Assembly (NCBI RefSeq): GCF_018143015.1 | Contig: NC_054741.1 | Coordinates: 72,036,687 to 72,100,686 of the forward strand | DNA length: 64,000 nt | Direction of reading: 5' to 3' | Origin: Lytechinus variegatus | Lineage: Eukaryota | Part shown: positions 13,552-25,353 of the stretch, in pieces | Layout: every line of letters begins with the position of its first letter | How positions within the stretch are numbered: position 1 is the first letter of the stretch | Position numbers and translations under genes: made by a program | The notes under the pieces: generated by a model | Told to the model about the DNA's origin: nothing | What the model saw: the letters and a program-made list of their open reading frames with translations, nothing else | The model's database searches: none

Positions 13552-14911
13552 CTGAGGGGGTATAAGACAAATGTAACATTACATAATAAATTGAATTATG
13601 AATATGAGAAAGACTTGGAGTAAAGTGGGGATAGAGATTTATGAGCAGATCCAAAATCTAATAAATGAATTGGCACATAAGATTAAGAATTTTTTTTCAT
13701 TTTGTTTGGCACTTTTTTAAAGAGATGAAATTATCAATGCCCATAAGAGAGAGGTTGTCACTAAAATAATCATTATATTCCTTACAAATAATCTTACAAG
13801 CAAACAAGAAAAAAGTCACCAGACTTGTGTGTTGTTAAATTCCTATCTCTGCTGGACCTAACACTGATCATGTATAATTTATATTAAATTTATCACAATG
13901 AATTAATTTGCAAAAAAGGTACATTTCTATTTCAAATCATGCAATAATGATTAAGAGGTTAAGAGTAAAATTTGAATCTAGCTTTTTTTTTCTTTTACTT
14001 GAAATGTTTAAAAGCTACATGTAGATCCTCAAACTACTACAAATTATTATTATGCCATTCATTAGAATGAATAAAAGTTTCAAAATCACACAAAGTTCAC
14101 TTATTTTGATAAAAGTTCATGGGAAGCATATAAAAAAAAACCAATCTACCCAATGAAAAAAAAAACCACCAACAGAAATATTTGAAAGGTGGAGATATCT
14201 ACCTGTCAATCATTTGATGAAATTAATATCCTAAAAATGCAAAGCAGGTGTCACATGCCCACACCAGGACAGGGGTGTAAATTTCAAGTAGATTACTACA
14301 TACTAAGAGAGTACATTTCCAATCAAGGCAGGAAGGTAATCTACTATTTGGTTGGTATTTCCTGTCCAACACTCGATCATTGTCAATTACAGCATGGAAT
14401 GCACATTGGAAGAATGTGCATGTTCATGATGTTCAGTAATGACTTTCTTTTTAAATATCAGAACAGAGTACTGAAATGATGATGTCACAAAGTATTTTAC
14501 AATTATTTATTCATTAATTCATTCATTTTATTTTTAATATCATTGGTATTATTATTATTATTTTTTTTTTTTTTTTTTTGGGGGGGGGTTCTTTCAACAT
14601 TTTAGATATGATGTTCTAGTAAAGCATCATGAAAAAACCCCCAAAACCTATATAAAAGTTGATAGGAATCAGGATCATGGGACATAAGATGTGCTGGTAT
14701 AAATACTCATTTAGCCCCATTGAAATCAGTGTAAATTTGTCTGGTTCCATATAGTTACAAGGCAGATATACAATATCTTCAAGGTATTCATATGGCCATT
14801 CATCAGGTCGAGAAGGAACAGAACCATCATTCACTTCCAAAATTTGGAAACGGATTATAACAAGATTTCAAAAGAATATAACATGAAAAATATCTATGTA
14901 CTGCTACTCAC

Positions 14912-15025
14912 ATGTATTTCTGGAATAGGACTGATGTCCTTTACTTTGACTTGGGTTGGGGCTGGAGCTGCACTTGGTGTTGAGGTATCTTTACCTGGTA
15001 CTAAAGACTCCTCAATACTGGCCAT
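14912..15025 (-). CDS. Exon MASIEESLVPGKDTSTPSAAPAPTQVKVKDISPIPEIH; it could be the first coding exon of a separate coiled-coil gene or an internal exon
   Basis: The ATG at 15025 is preceded by a tttttgatag acceptor-like motif. Donor CAT|GTGAGT. Confidence 0.55.
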
Positions 15026-16742
15026 CTATCAAAAATAATAATCATAAAAGTATTACTTCCATAGAATATATACTGAGCAGAGACTGCTGAAGTATATATT
15101 ATACAATGCTATATAAGAGCTCTTGATATGCTTGTTAAACATTATTCATCCTATTCATTTGATCATAAACTAAGAATGGGAAATTTTTATTTTTACTATT
15201 AAACGATAATATTTCTGACTGAATACCAAACCATGGTATATCCATATGCTTTACATCAATATTCATATCAAAGTACTCTATAACTGAAAAACACATGATA
15301 AACAATGGATCATGTATTGTATGACAACTGAACACACTGATTTTTTTTTCAATTTGTAGGGTTAAGGAAATGGTGATTAACATATATCTATTTTTTATTA
15401 TAGGAAAAAAGCTAGGTTTCAAATTATACAGATTACAAAATTATAAAGATTGTAATGAGCAGGCATATTGAATGCCTAATTGGAGGATGAATATGAATAT
15501 AAATGTGTGACAGGATATAAACTTGGCCTATGCCCTCACATCGGGCTATTGTGTAACCCGACCATTTCATAAAAGGGCCTCCTAAATATCTTTAAAAGGT
15601 CCAATCCAGTTAATACCAGACACTTCGTGAAAGTTATAAGCCAATAGGGTTGGATAAACTGAACCCGAACTTTCAGAAATTTAAGGGATCCTTTTCTCAA
15701 ATGGTCGGTTACAAGATTGCCCGACTGGGTGCAATACCCTGATGTTATGGCACAGGCCTAAATTTGGATAGGGGCTTGGGCACAGGAGCATGAAAGAGCA
15801 AGGAAAATGAGCTAATGTAACATTATATGATTATGAAAATGTAATGAGATAACAATATTGAGTGCATTACTGCTGGATAAATAATATACTTTGAGACAGG
15901 ATATAAACTTGGCTGGGGGGCAGGAATTGAAAATAGCAAGGAAAATAAACCAAATTTATATCATACAAGCTTGCAAATGAATTAGGTGTGAAAGACTATG
16001 CAGTATAATGATTTACTGATTTACGCATGGATATACTGTAACAGGCATCGAAAGATAACAAACAGTCAAACACACAATATAAAACTCGCTGACCTTTCTG
16101 AAACAAAGTAAAAGAAAAATGAGTACATGTACATGGGAGCCACAAAGTCAAACTTCAACAACTATTGGGAAAAGTCTCTTTTTTTCTAAAAACTACCTTT
16201 CTAAACTGATTTTGATAAACATGTCTTCCTGTAAAAGTAGTACTATGAACAAGTACATGCAGAATAAGACTGTTATCTTTAATACTGATGAATGAAATTG
16301 ACAGTGATTCCCTAAAAATATCCTGTAGCAAGGAGTCTTGCTTTTCATTTTCTTTTACAAAATCTGAAAACACAGTGCTCATAAATATTTTTATATTTGA
16401 TATGCAACTACATGCTGTGGTAACCCTGGGTTGTATTTTAAAGCTAAAATGGCAACTATTCCAATAATGTTTGTTATACATGCACAGTGTAATTTAGGCA
16501 TGGTGTTGAAAGGTAAAATTCAGGAATTAATTGTTGGTAGGGTTAGAAACTGGGAGGGGGCATCTGATAAGCATGATGATAAAATGCATTAATGGAATGA
16601 CATGTAATCTACATTCAATCAGTAAATATGATGCAAATAAATTAACGATTAAAAATATAAATAATTTTGGGGGAAATATGTGCAGAAAATTATTGCAGTT
16701 ATATTCATACAATTGTATGCAAAATACAAAAAAAACACATTA

Positions 16743-17147
16743 GGGCCCAAATTCAAAAGCTGGTTTTGAAAACCAACAGTTGAACTCATGGTTTATGCAG
16801 ATTCCTGTATAAATTACACTTTATTAACATGTGTATCAAAAAAATTTCCCATGCGGATGCTCACTTTTGACACAGAGCACCAAATTGACGTCTGTTGCCA
16901 TGTTGCATAAGTACACTATTTTATTCAGGAGTCCACTGTTTTGAATTAATGAGTCTACTCTTTAAACAGTGGACTCAAATAAAATAGCATACTTACAAAT
17001 GGCAACAGCTGTCAATTTGGCGCAATGTGTCAAAAGCGTGCATTAGCATTGGATATTTTTCGATATATGCGGTTAATTAGAGGTAATTTATACAGAAAAT
17101 CTGCATAAACCATGGGTTTTAAAAACCACCTTTGTGAATTCGGGCCA
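16743..17147. mobile_element. Palindromic MITE (~405 bp) with ~70-bp TIRs (ggcccaaattcaaaagctggttttgaaaaccaa...catggtttatgcagatt)
   Basis: Both ends are reverse complements of each other, and the interior is palindromic as well (caggagtccactgttt / aaacagtggactc). Confidence 0.7.
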
Positions 17148-17769
17148 AAGACTCTTTAAAGAAAACATCAATTAATAACCTGCACATAATAGTGAAGTAG
17201 AAAAAGTAATTCATAGTTATTTCATTGGTTGATAAATTAACATTTATAAAAGCTGCAAAGGAACAATTAAACATGTGTTAGTATTTGGTAGGAATGGTAG
17301 GAATTGTGCATGAGCATCATTATTCAGAATGTCATGTCAATTTTTACAAATCACACGAACTGTATACATGTATGCAACATTAGCAGATTCACTAAGGGAA
17401 GGACCTAGGGGCCCCAGTCCAAATCCCCCGGAAGATGTTCTGCCAATGTATTTTACAACAAGCAACAAGCAATGAAGATCATTTGAATACATAATGCAAT
17501 GTATTAAAGGTTAGTAAATGTAAATGAAAGGGTATTATATAATACACTATTATTATATACTATTATTAAAGGCACCTATCGCAAGAACAGCCACAAAGCA
17601 AACCCAGCCTGCATTTTTATTGAAGGAGGAAGGAGTGAAGAATGAAGCACCATGATATATGCACAGAAATTAATCATGGATAATTTATTTTTCAGAATAT
17701 AATGTATTATATAAGTGGTTGGATCATCATGAATATTGATTATTGATTGATACATATTCACGAGCATAC

Positions 17770-17856
17770 CTCCTTTTCAAGTTTGGACAATTTTTCATTG
17801 TCGATACGTGATGAGCAAAGAACTTCAGAAGACCCGTAAGAAGACCCCAAGCTTAT
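17770..17856 (-). CDS. Candidate small exon ISLGSSYGSSEVLCSSRIDNEKLSKLEKE, linking the RA exons to the coiled-coil exons
   Basis: A clean 87-nt open frame with donor GAG|GTATGC and a weaker acceptor ctaacag. Phase 0 on both sides is compatible with its neighbours. Confidence 0.4.
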
Positions 17857-19305
17857 CTGTTAGAATCAAACCATCATAGTATTTAATAACCAACTCATCC
17901 CTACCACCATATTACATCATTCAACTCTAAAGGGATCAGATATCAAATAATACTTATTATCTGTGCATGTCGAAAAAGCTTAAGTATGTCTGTTGATAAG
18001 CATATTTTACGAACTAATAACAATATAAAGGGAACATGAAGTTGGTTCACAAGGGGTCAAATGTAATTTCAAGTCCTGTGTAATTTTGATTTAAATCCCA
18101 AAGAGGGCAAGATCTCATCAATGTGGTTGTGTGTTACCGTATATGTACGTATTTTTAAATAGGACCTTGAGCGAACTGCACTCATTGTGAAACGGCTCTC
18201 AGCCACTGATCAATCTAGTGTCTCTTTTAGAAGACCAATACCTCAGCCACATTTGCTCTACGGCAGCCATACGGTGAGTCAAAAACGGCCGTTTTAACAT
18301 TTTGTTGTTGTTGCACCAGCTACATACACTAGCAAGTGGTTTGAATAAAAACAAATAAAATGGCTGTTTTCGATTCGCCATACGGCCGCCGTAGGGGAAA
18401 TGTGACTGCAGTATTAATGTCATTTAGCAATGAAAAAAAAACCTCAAATATTTATCTGATGACTGATCCCCTCTTGCACAAGAGAGCAAACATACAAACA
18501 AATATTTAAAAAAAAATCATCTCCCCAAAACACTCCTTTTTCACAGCAGAGGCAACACTCGGTCAATTCTCTTCAGCATTGTCCACATATACATGTTTGA
18601 GAAAAATACCATAAAAGTACTCATGACTTGCCTTAGGACGATAAAACTTCAACATACACATGCAGGGGAGAGATAATGGCTAAAAGGTCAATAAAGTTCT
18701 GAGACATTGATATGTACAAGAGATGTACCATAAATCAATCTTATTACACAGTGGAACAATAAATCACAACATCAACCTGTTATCTCACAAAAAAAACAAG
18801 ATTAATATGCAAAATGAGAGAACACTGCATCAAAAGAGAAAGAACATGTAGAAAATTAAACAAATATAACAGGGGCTTGAAAGAGTATGCAATCTTGCAA
18901 ATTAAAAACACAGCAGTTGGTAAAATAAAACTGCTTCAAAATGATAGTACAAGCCTGCCCTAAATCATATACTATTACATGTAGTATTCATATTGCATCT
19001 TCTCTAATCACTTTCAAACTTGAGAATAAAATCAGCTTCACAAGGAAGACAAATTAAATGATAGGATAAATGATAGTGTAGAATTGAAAGCCATTACTCT
19101 ATTGATCCTTGGCTGAACTTAATAAAACATATACATGCATGCGTACATTTTATAGTGCACGTCTTAAAATGATTAGACCTTGATAGGACTTGAAACAATT
19201 ACTGAAGACAATTTTTATTGCATTTATCAAAATGAAATCATATACAAAAGCAAAGATGCAAGGTCATTAGAACAGGCAAAGATGGCCACGAGGAAGAGTA
19301 CTTAC

Positions 19306-19490
19306 AGCGGACATCTTGGAGCTAGCTCTTGACGTGAGAGAGTCCTGACGCTTGACCTTACGATCGCCAGCATTGGCTTCTTCTTCTTCCTGGGTTGTCC
19401 AATGAAGATCCCTGTTGCTACGGTCACACAACACAAAGGCATGTGAGTCAAGCTGAAGAGGGAGTGCTTCATCGTCCACATCACATACAT
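19306..19490 (-). CDS. RA domain 2, second half plus linker (DVCDVDDEALPLQLDSHAFVLCDRSNRDLHWTTQEEEEANAGDRKVKRQDSLTSRASSKMSA)
   Basis: Acceptor ctccttag and donor GCT|GTAAGT. It matches the afadin RA2 tail (ILDDDECPLQIF...). Confidence 0.75.
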
Positions 19491-19864
19491 CTAAGGAGGC
19501 GAACCAACAATGTAAACACAATTTATCATCTTTATCATTTTGAGTCACCACATAACACTTTCTCTATGTTTAGCATGTGTAAGAGCCAGTTATGTTATAT
19601 TAGCCACTGCCAGGTCCCTCTTGATACAGGGTCAGTCACGCTACCTGGTGATCTTCTGTACTCTGTAATTTCATTTTTTTAATGTGAGCTCAATACAGTG
19701 ATATCAAATCTAATCAAATCAAGAAAACTGAAACAAGATTCTATACCTCCTGTTTTATTTTCATTATTATCTTTGGACAATCTCAAATCATTTTAATTAC
19801 TTGTTGATATCGTGGTTATTATATGTGATTGAAAACTAACTAAAAAAACATAAAAAATATATAC

Positions 19865-20024
19865 CTCCATCCTTGTCCACTTCAAGAAGACAAAAGAGAG
19901 TTGGGTCAACATTCTTCATGTCAAACTTCTTGAGAGCCAAGATGACCACTTCAATGGCTGGAGTGGACAGAGATATACTGACCAGCTTGCCCTTAGGTGG
20001 CTGACCAGGGATTCTAAGGACGGT
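19865..20024 (-). CDS. RA domain 2, first half (TVLRIPGQPPKGKLVSISLSTPAIEVVILALKKFDMKNVDPTLFCLLEVDKDG)
   Basis: Acceptor cttttcag and donor GGAG|GTATAT. It aligns with afadin RA2 (TLRIYADSLKPNIPYKTILLSTTDPADFAVAEALEKYGLEKENPKDYCIARV). Confidence 0.75.
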
Positions 20025-20629
20025 CTGAAAAGAGTGAAACATAAAATAGGATAATTACAATCACTCAAATTCAAAGAAAATATTTTCAATGTTAGCAAAC
20101 TACAACATGTTGCAAGCTCCGTAATATTACATGAATAATTGGTATCAATATTATGACTTAGCCACCTTGCCAAAATCAGAGCTGCGTCTTTCCCACAGGA
20201 AATCAGCAAGTGGCTTTTCATTAGCAATTTTCACATGTCCTCATAGACAAAAAAGGGAATGGAGGAAAGCGGTATCATATGACATACAGCTCCACTATAC
20301 GGAACAGACTTTTGACAACGGGCCTATATTGGTAAATACTCTTAATCATAGAGAGTTAAACATGCCACAACACTAATAAACACATTGTAAGCAAAATCAG
20401 AGTTGGTTATAATAGGTCAAGGAAAAATAGTTTTCACAATAATTACTTCAGATATTAATTCTCTATTATAAGCAATAAAGTGGCAAATCCATTAACTCTG
20501 CACATTCCTCATTAACTTTGATTGAAACATGAAAGGCATACATTACAACTGGCACTAATCAATACCAAAATTACTGTATCTTAATGAACTTTCATCATAA
20601 TAATGGTAATGTATGAGGTTAAAGCTCAC

Positions 20630-20748
20630 CTTTATAGCACCACCTTGTGCAGTCTTCTGCCTGAACTCAAACCTATTGCTAGAGTGATCACTCCAACCAT
20701 GCTGAATAACAAGTGGGCAATCCATAGGCACAAGCTCTACATCATTAC
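20630..20748 (-). CDS. RA domain 1, second half (GNDVELVPMDCPLVIQHGWSDHSSNRFEFRQKTAQGGAIK)
   Basis: Acceptor tgtgcag and donor AAG|GTGAGC. It matches the afadin RA1 tail (LDIDEKPLVVQLNWNKDDREGRFVLKNE). Confidence 0.75.
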
Positions 20749-21184
20749 CTGCACATGGGGACATAAGAAAGTTAGGAATTTATTATTATTATTATTCTAC
20801 TACTCAGGAATATAAGTATTACATTATTTTTTTTTAATTACAGCTGGGTATTGTGTGCACCTGAAGTTGAGCTAATTTGACACCTAGAACCAACTCGGCT
20901 GATCCTGATTCAAATTTGAGTCACATTTTTAAGCGTGTGATCTACAAGATCAACTTTGAACTTGATTGATAGGCATCTGATATGCAATATAAAAACCTGA
21001 TTTTATCAACAAGCCAATCGGTGTTGCTGGAATGTTCTGATCAGGCAAAGATTAGGAGGGGCAACCAAGTGAGTGTAAACAATGGATTGACCCATAAAAA
21101 CTTTGTCTGAGAATGTTATGGTGCCATTGACAATATTAGCATCTTTCGGGAAAAGCAAGTCAGCAGTGTCTGCATACACCTTAC

Positions 21185-21331
21185 CCTTGTCTTTGCCATG
21201 AATTGTAGCCTGTAGTACCCTGTAGAGTCTTGGGTCCTCAATCAGATCCAGCTGATTTAAACATAAATTGATTAAATCTTGAGTTGTTGATTCCTCTGTC
21301 AGTTTCACTACCAGAGTCTTTGATCCACTCC
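21185..21331 (-). CDS. Afadin/canoe-type Ras-association domain 1, first half (SGSKTLVVKLTEESTTQDLINLCLNQLDLIEDPRLYRVLQATIHGKDK)
   Basis: Acceptor ttatag and donor AAGG|GTAAGG. The ORF-track frame anchors it. It aligns with afadin RA1 (KCIRVSSTATTQDVIETLAEKF...YSLYEVHVSGE). Confidence 0.75.
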
Positions 21332-21676
21332 CTATAATTATTTAGATGAAAAAAATAGATGTATATTATCCTTTTTTCCAAAACAGTTTCATGATCTATG
21401 ATTATGTGAGTATAAATGAACATTGATGACAACTCAATGTTCATTAGAAATTAATAACATATATACACAGTGGTTCATTGAAAATCAATAACATACATCA
21501 TTGACATTCTATATGTTACATGTATCTATATATTTCAGCGTACTTTTTCTCAAAAGGAAGTAATAAATTATTATATTACATGACCTATATAGATACTTAT
21601 GCGCGATTGGTCAGCACACCGTCACGTGACCATCCTAACAAGGATGATTATCGGTATCTTTCCCAACATGACGTAA

Positions 21677-21760
21677 AATATGTCATACCTCGGAATATAA
21701 CGCTGTGATTACGTCATACCTCGTGATATAACGCCGTTATATTCCGAGGTATGACTTCAC
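21677..21760. repeat. Perfect 21-bp inverted repeat (gtcatacctcggaatataacg ... cgttatattccgaggtatgac) with a ~27-bp spacer. It lies within a motif-rich segment (CCAAT/gattgg, CACGTG, TGACGTAA, TTACGTCA) about 70 bp upstream of the Crypton-like ATG.
   Basis: Reverse-complement identity was checked by eye. The tcatacctcg core occurs three times. Confidence 0.7.
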
Positions 21761-21823
21761 ATGAGCACATTTGGGCTGCATTCGCGCAGCGCGAAATTGG
21801 AAGAAACAAATTTTTTTGTCAAA

Positions 21824-23149
21824 ATGACTGCTTCAGCGAGTCGATTCACATCGCTTGGTGAGGAACAATTGGAGGAAATAATTGATTAAAAAGATGCCCG
21901 TTCAACTAAAAGGGTTATTACTTTGGCGGAGAATGTTCTCAAAGCTTACTGTGAACACAAAGGATTGACAATTCAGGAAACAATCACATCAGCTGAGCTG
22001 AGCAATATTCTTCGATCGTTTTATGCGGAGGTGCGTAGATCAAACGGTGAACTGTACAGTAAACGTTCGATGATAACGCTATGATATGGACTGCAGAGAC
22101 ATTTCAGCAAACTTGGTTTCAACGTCGTGAATGACCCGGAATTCAAAGAAGCAAATGACATGTTTCATGCTGTTCTTGTAAAGCTGAAGAAGGCAGGAAA
22201 AGGATCTGTTGATCACAAGGAACCGATCACAAAAGATGATTTTTTGAAAATTAAATCATCTTCAGCAACTGATGTGAACACACCGAGAGGACTTCAAAAC
22301 AAAGTTTTCATGGACATTATGATGCAGCTGTGCAATCGTGGGAGAGAAAACTTGCAGAATTTTTCTCAGAAAGATTTTGTCGTTGTAAAGGATTCTACAA
22401 ATGAGAAATATGTCTACCTCGCCACTGATAAATTAACAAAAAATCACCGTGGAGAATCTCTGGATGACTCCCGCAGTCAACAAGGAAGGATGTATCAAAC
22501 TCATAAACCGGACTGTCCCATTGAAACTTTTGAACTGTATATTTCTCATCTAAATCCTGTATGTGATTTTTTTCAGCGTCCGAAGATAAGTGTAGAAAAA
22601 AATCAATAAGTGTGGTACTATAATTCCCCCGCAGGCAAGAATACTTTGGGTGATAAAATGAAGAAAATATCACTTGAAGCCAACACATCAAAGGTGTACA
22701 CAAATCACTGCTTACGCGCAACGTCAATCCACGTCCTGGATGCTGGTGGATTTGAAGCGAGACACATCATGCCCGTATCCGGACACAAGTCGGAAAGTAG
22801 TATCAAACACTACTCTTATGTTGATGAAGCTAAAAAAAGATGCATGAGCAGATGCCTTTCATCTATGGGTGATGGAACAGCTGGTCCATCGACACAGACG
22901 AGGCCTACAGCACTGTCCACTTCTCGCATTCATCCTAGTACTGCTACTACAAGTACTAGGCCTACTAGTCCAGGACCAGAACAAAATCCTACAGCTCTCG
23001 TGCCAGCAGCAAACACCGAAGATGCATCGTCACAAAGTTCACAGTCCCAGTCTTCACCTCAAATAAATGTTGTCTCGAACAAATTAGCCTTGGACAAGAA
23101 GCGGCAGTACAATTTCTACAATTGTACGGTCAATTTTTACAACTAACAT
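21824..23149 (+). pseudogene. Crypton-type tyrosine-recombinase gene (KIAA1958/ZMYM-like architecture: N-terminal EEQLEEIID..NTKR..F.AY..H domain plus a C-terminal YR catalytic domain with H-x-x-R and GHKS...KHYSY). It is one ~440-codon frame interrupted by three in-frame stops (TAA near 21887, TGA 22082, TAA 22607) with no frameshift.
   Basis: The ORF-track pieces 22127-22609 and 22610-23146 are in the same frame. The upstream segments MTASASRFTSLGEEQLEEIID*KDARSTKRVITLAENVLKAYCEHKGLTIQE...SKRSMITL*YGLQRHFSKLGF share that frame. The conserved motifs WYYNSPAGKNTLG, TNHCLRATSIHVLDAGG and IMPVSGHKSESSIKHYSYV match the tyrosine-recombinase box II pattern. Confidence 0.75.
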
Positions 23150-23585
23150 TTGACTATAGATCTATACAGCAGCATCTCGATAGAGACTAGACTTATTCAA
23201 CATTGTGTTTACATTTAAAGCGTTGGAATTCGGAAAAATATCATATCCCTCGACAAAAATATAACTCCCCTCAAGGATCTCAAATGTTATATTTCCCCTC
23301 TAGGCAGTCAATATCTGTATGATATTATAGAAGAATTTTTAACATGAAATTTACCTATTGAATATCAAACCTGTAATGATAATGCAATGTTAATTTGGAA
23401 TATCATGGAAGAAATCAAACATACCTAAACAGAGCTCACAATAAGACGAAACCAAGTGAACCATACCCAGTTCTTAGAAAGAGAAAACATCTAGATATAT
23501 AATCATTCTGCGATATGCTGAATATATATGTGTATTGCAGAAATCAAAGACAAATCATCATCAATGTAAGATACAAAATGGATAC

Positions 23586-23683
23586 CTGTTTGTCCGACAT
23601 CTGTCCATACATGAATAGTGTTGCTATCTCTTGGACTCTTCTTCCAATTTGATGGGGAGATCACTTCTTTCAGCTTGAAGAGT
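23586..23683 (-). CDS. Exon (G)LFKLKEVISPSNWKKSPRDSNTIHVWTDVGQT
   Basis: Acceptor ttgttcatgtag and donor ACAG|GTATCC. Phase continues from the acidic exon and into the RA1 exon. Confidence 0.55.
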
Positions 23684-24025
23684 CTACATGAACAAGAATC
23701 ATACACATTCAGAAATAGCCTTTTCTTTCAATAGTGAGATTTTGTCTCAAAAATTTGATGGATTAATAAAGCATCTCTTCAGTGAAGAAAAACAGGTAAA
23801 AGATACATTAAATTCAACAAACTTCATATCTATAGATTTTCTAAAATGGTTAAATGGTTGATAAAGGATTCTTCTCTTTCCTCTACTTCTTTTGTGTCCA
23901 TCATCTACCAGTAAACGCTGTTTACAGCATGTGTCTTTGGAATTGGAAGCTACTATAATAACGCAATGGTGAAAAATCTAGAGACTTTCATAACATATTG
24001 ACATGATGAAGATCTGTATTCTTAC

Positions 24026-25064
24026 CCTCCTTTTTTCTTCTTTTCTTCTTTTTCACTCCCAGAACTTCTACTGCTCTCACTTCTTGTTGGCTTCACATCT
24101 CCTCGCCTGGGACTTTCCTCCTCTACTGGTATCTCAGTCTCAACCTTCCTTCCCTTTGTGGAATCCTTTTTGGCCCCATGCTCAGTCCCATCTACTGAAA
24201 CATTTGCTGGGATCACTGCACCTAGAGAATCACTGGAAGTTGTTCTAGACAAGTCTTTCTTGTCAACAGAGGTTTTTCTTGTCACAGGTTCTTTGGAGGA
24301 GCCTTTCAAGATATTGTCCTTCTCAACAGAACCTTGTTTTAGCACCTTGGCACTATTGGCAGTATTTTTGGAAGCATTATTTTCAACAGATTTCACATTT
24401 CCTGAGATATTATTAACTATCATGGCTGATTTCAGAGCTTCATTGCTCTGTTTTTTATTCATAAACTTAACCTCTTCTTCATCATCATTGTCAAAGTCAA
24501 AGTCGCTAGCTTCTGATTCTTTGCTGTCCTTATCAGCAGTCTTACTAGAGGGTATATTTTTCTCTGCATCTTTACTTGCTTGGTTTGCAGCAAGTTTGGC
24601 TTTCCTTTCAGTTTCTTTGATTTCTGCCAGAAGTTCCACAACTTCTTCTTCTTCCTCATCATCTTCATCGTCCCAATCACCATCAGAATCATCTGTTTCA
24701 TCATCAGCAGCATCCATCGTTCCTGTGACCTTCTTCTTATCAATCTTCTTCTCTGTATCATCTTCATCATCCCAATCGCCATCGGAATCATCTGTTTCAT
24801 CATCAGAGGCGTCCATCTTTCCAGCAACCTTCTTATCAACCTTCTCCTCTGTATCCTCTTCATCATCCCAATCATCATCGTCATCCCATTCATCCTTCAT
24901 TCGCTTGTTCTCTTCTCTGCTGTCATTCTTCTCAGGACTAGATAGTAGACTGTCGCGTTCTTCTGGTGGTAAGAGCTGGATGTCTTCAGGGTCATCTGAT
25001 TGTAACACACTTACCGCTGCCATGTATTTCTGTTTCTCATAGCCGCTGGTATGGCTGATAACAC
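24026..25064 (-). CDS. Large exon (about 345 codons) encoding a Ser/Asp/Glu-rich acidic region with tandem ~31-aa repeats (KKVAGKMDASDDETDDSDGDWDDEDDTEKKIDKK, twice) and multiple WDD motifs; C-terminal part EKEEKKKKGG
   Basis: The ORF track has a 391-aa open frame. Acceptor tttttaccag at 25064 and donor GG|GTAAGA at 24026. The nucleotide-level repeat is visible at 24640-24900. The plus-strand Ser-rich ORF 24158-25042 is its antisense artefact. Confidence 0.7.
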
Positions 25065-25353
25065 CTGGTAAAAAAGAATATGTAGAATTGTGTTTTGATA
25101 ATTGGTAGGAAAGTTTTAATGACATTTTCTCCAGTGGTAATATGCTCCAATAGAAAATCTGCACATGAAGACAAATATGATAACTGATCTCAAACATGCA
25201 TCTTAGTCCTCATATTTGTTCTGAATAAAAACCCTATCACAAACTATAAACCTTAGCTCAAAGTATTCTATATTAATTGAAATTCGAATATATCCATTAA
25301 ACCAACAGAGTCCCTGTAGTAGCCACAAAGCACTGTTATCATTGGAAACTTAC

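Noticed and set aside
14616-14840. Minus-strand ORF EVNDGSVPSRPDEWPYEYLEDIVYLPCNYMEPDKFTLISMG as an extra exon between 15025 and 13551
   Set aside because: It looks protein-like. However, I could not find an acceptor or donor in a phase compatible with the neighbouring exons, so it is left unannotated.
22395-22727. 110-aa minus-strand ORF
   Set aside because: It is antisense to the Crypton-like recombinase frame.
24158-25042. 294-aa plus-strand Ser-rich ORF
   Set aside because: It is the antisense reading of the GAT/GAA-rich acidic exon on the minus strand. It has low-complexity poly-Ser and no splice context.
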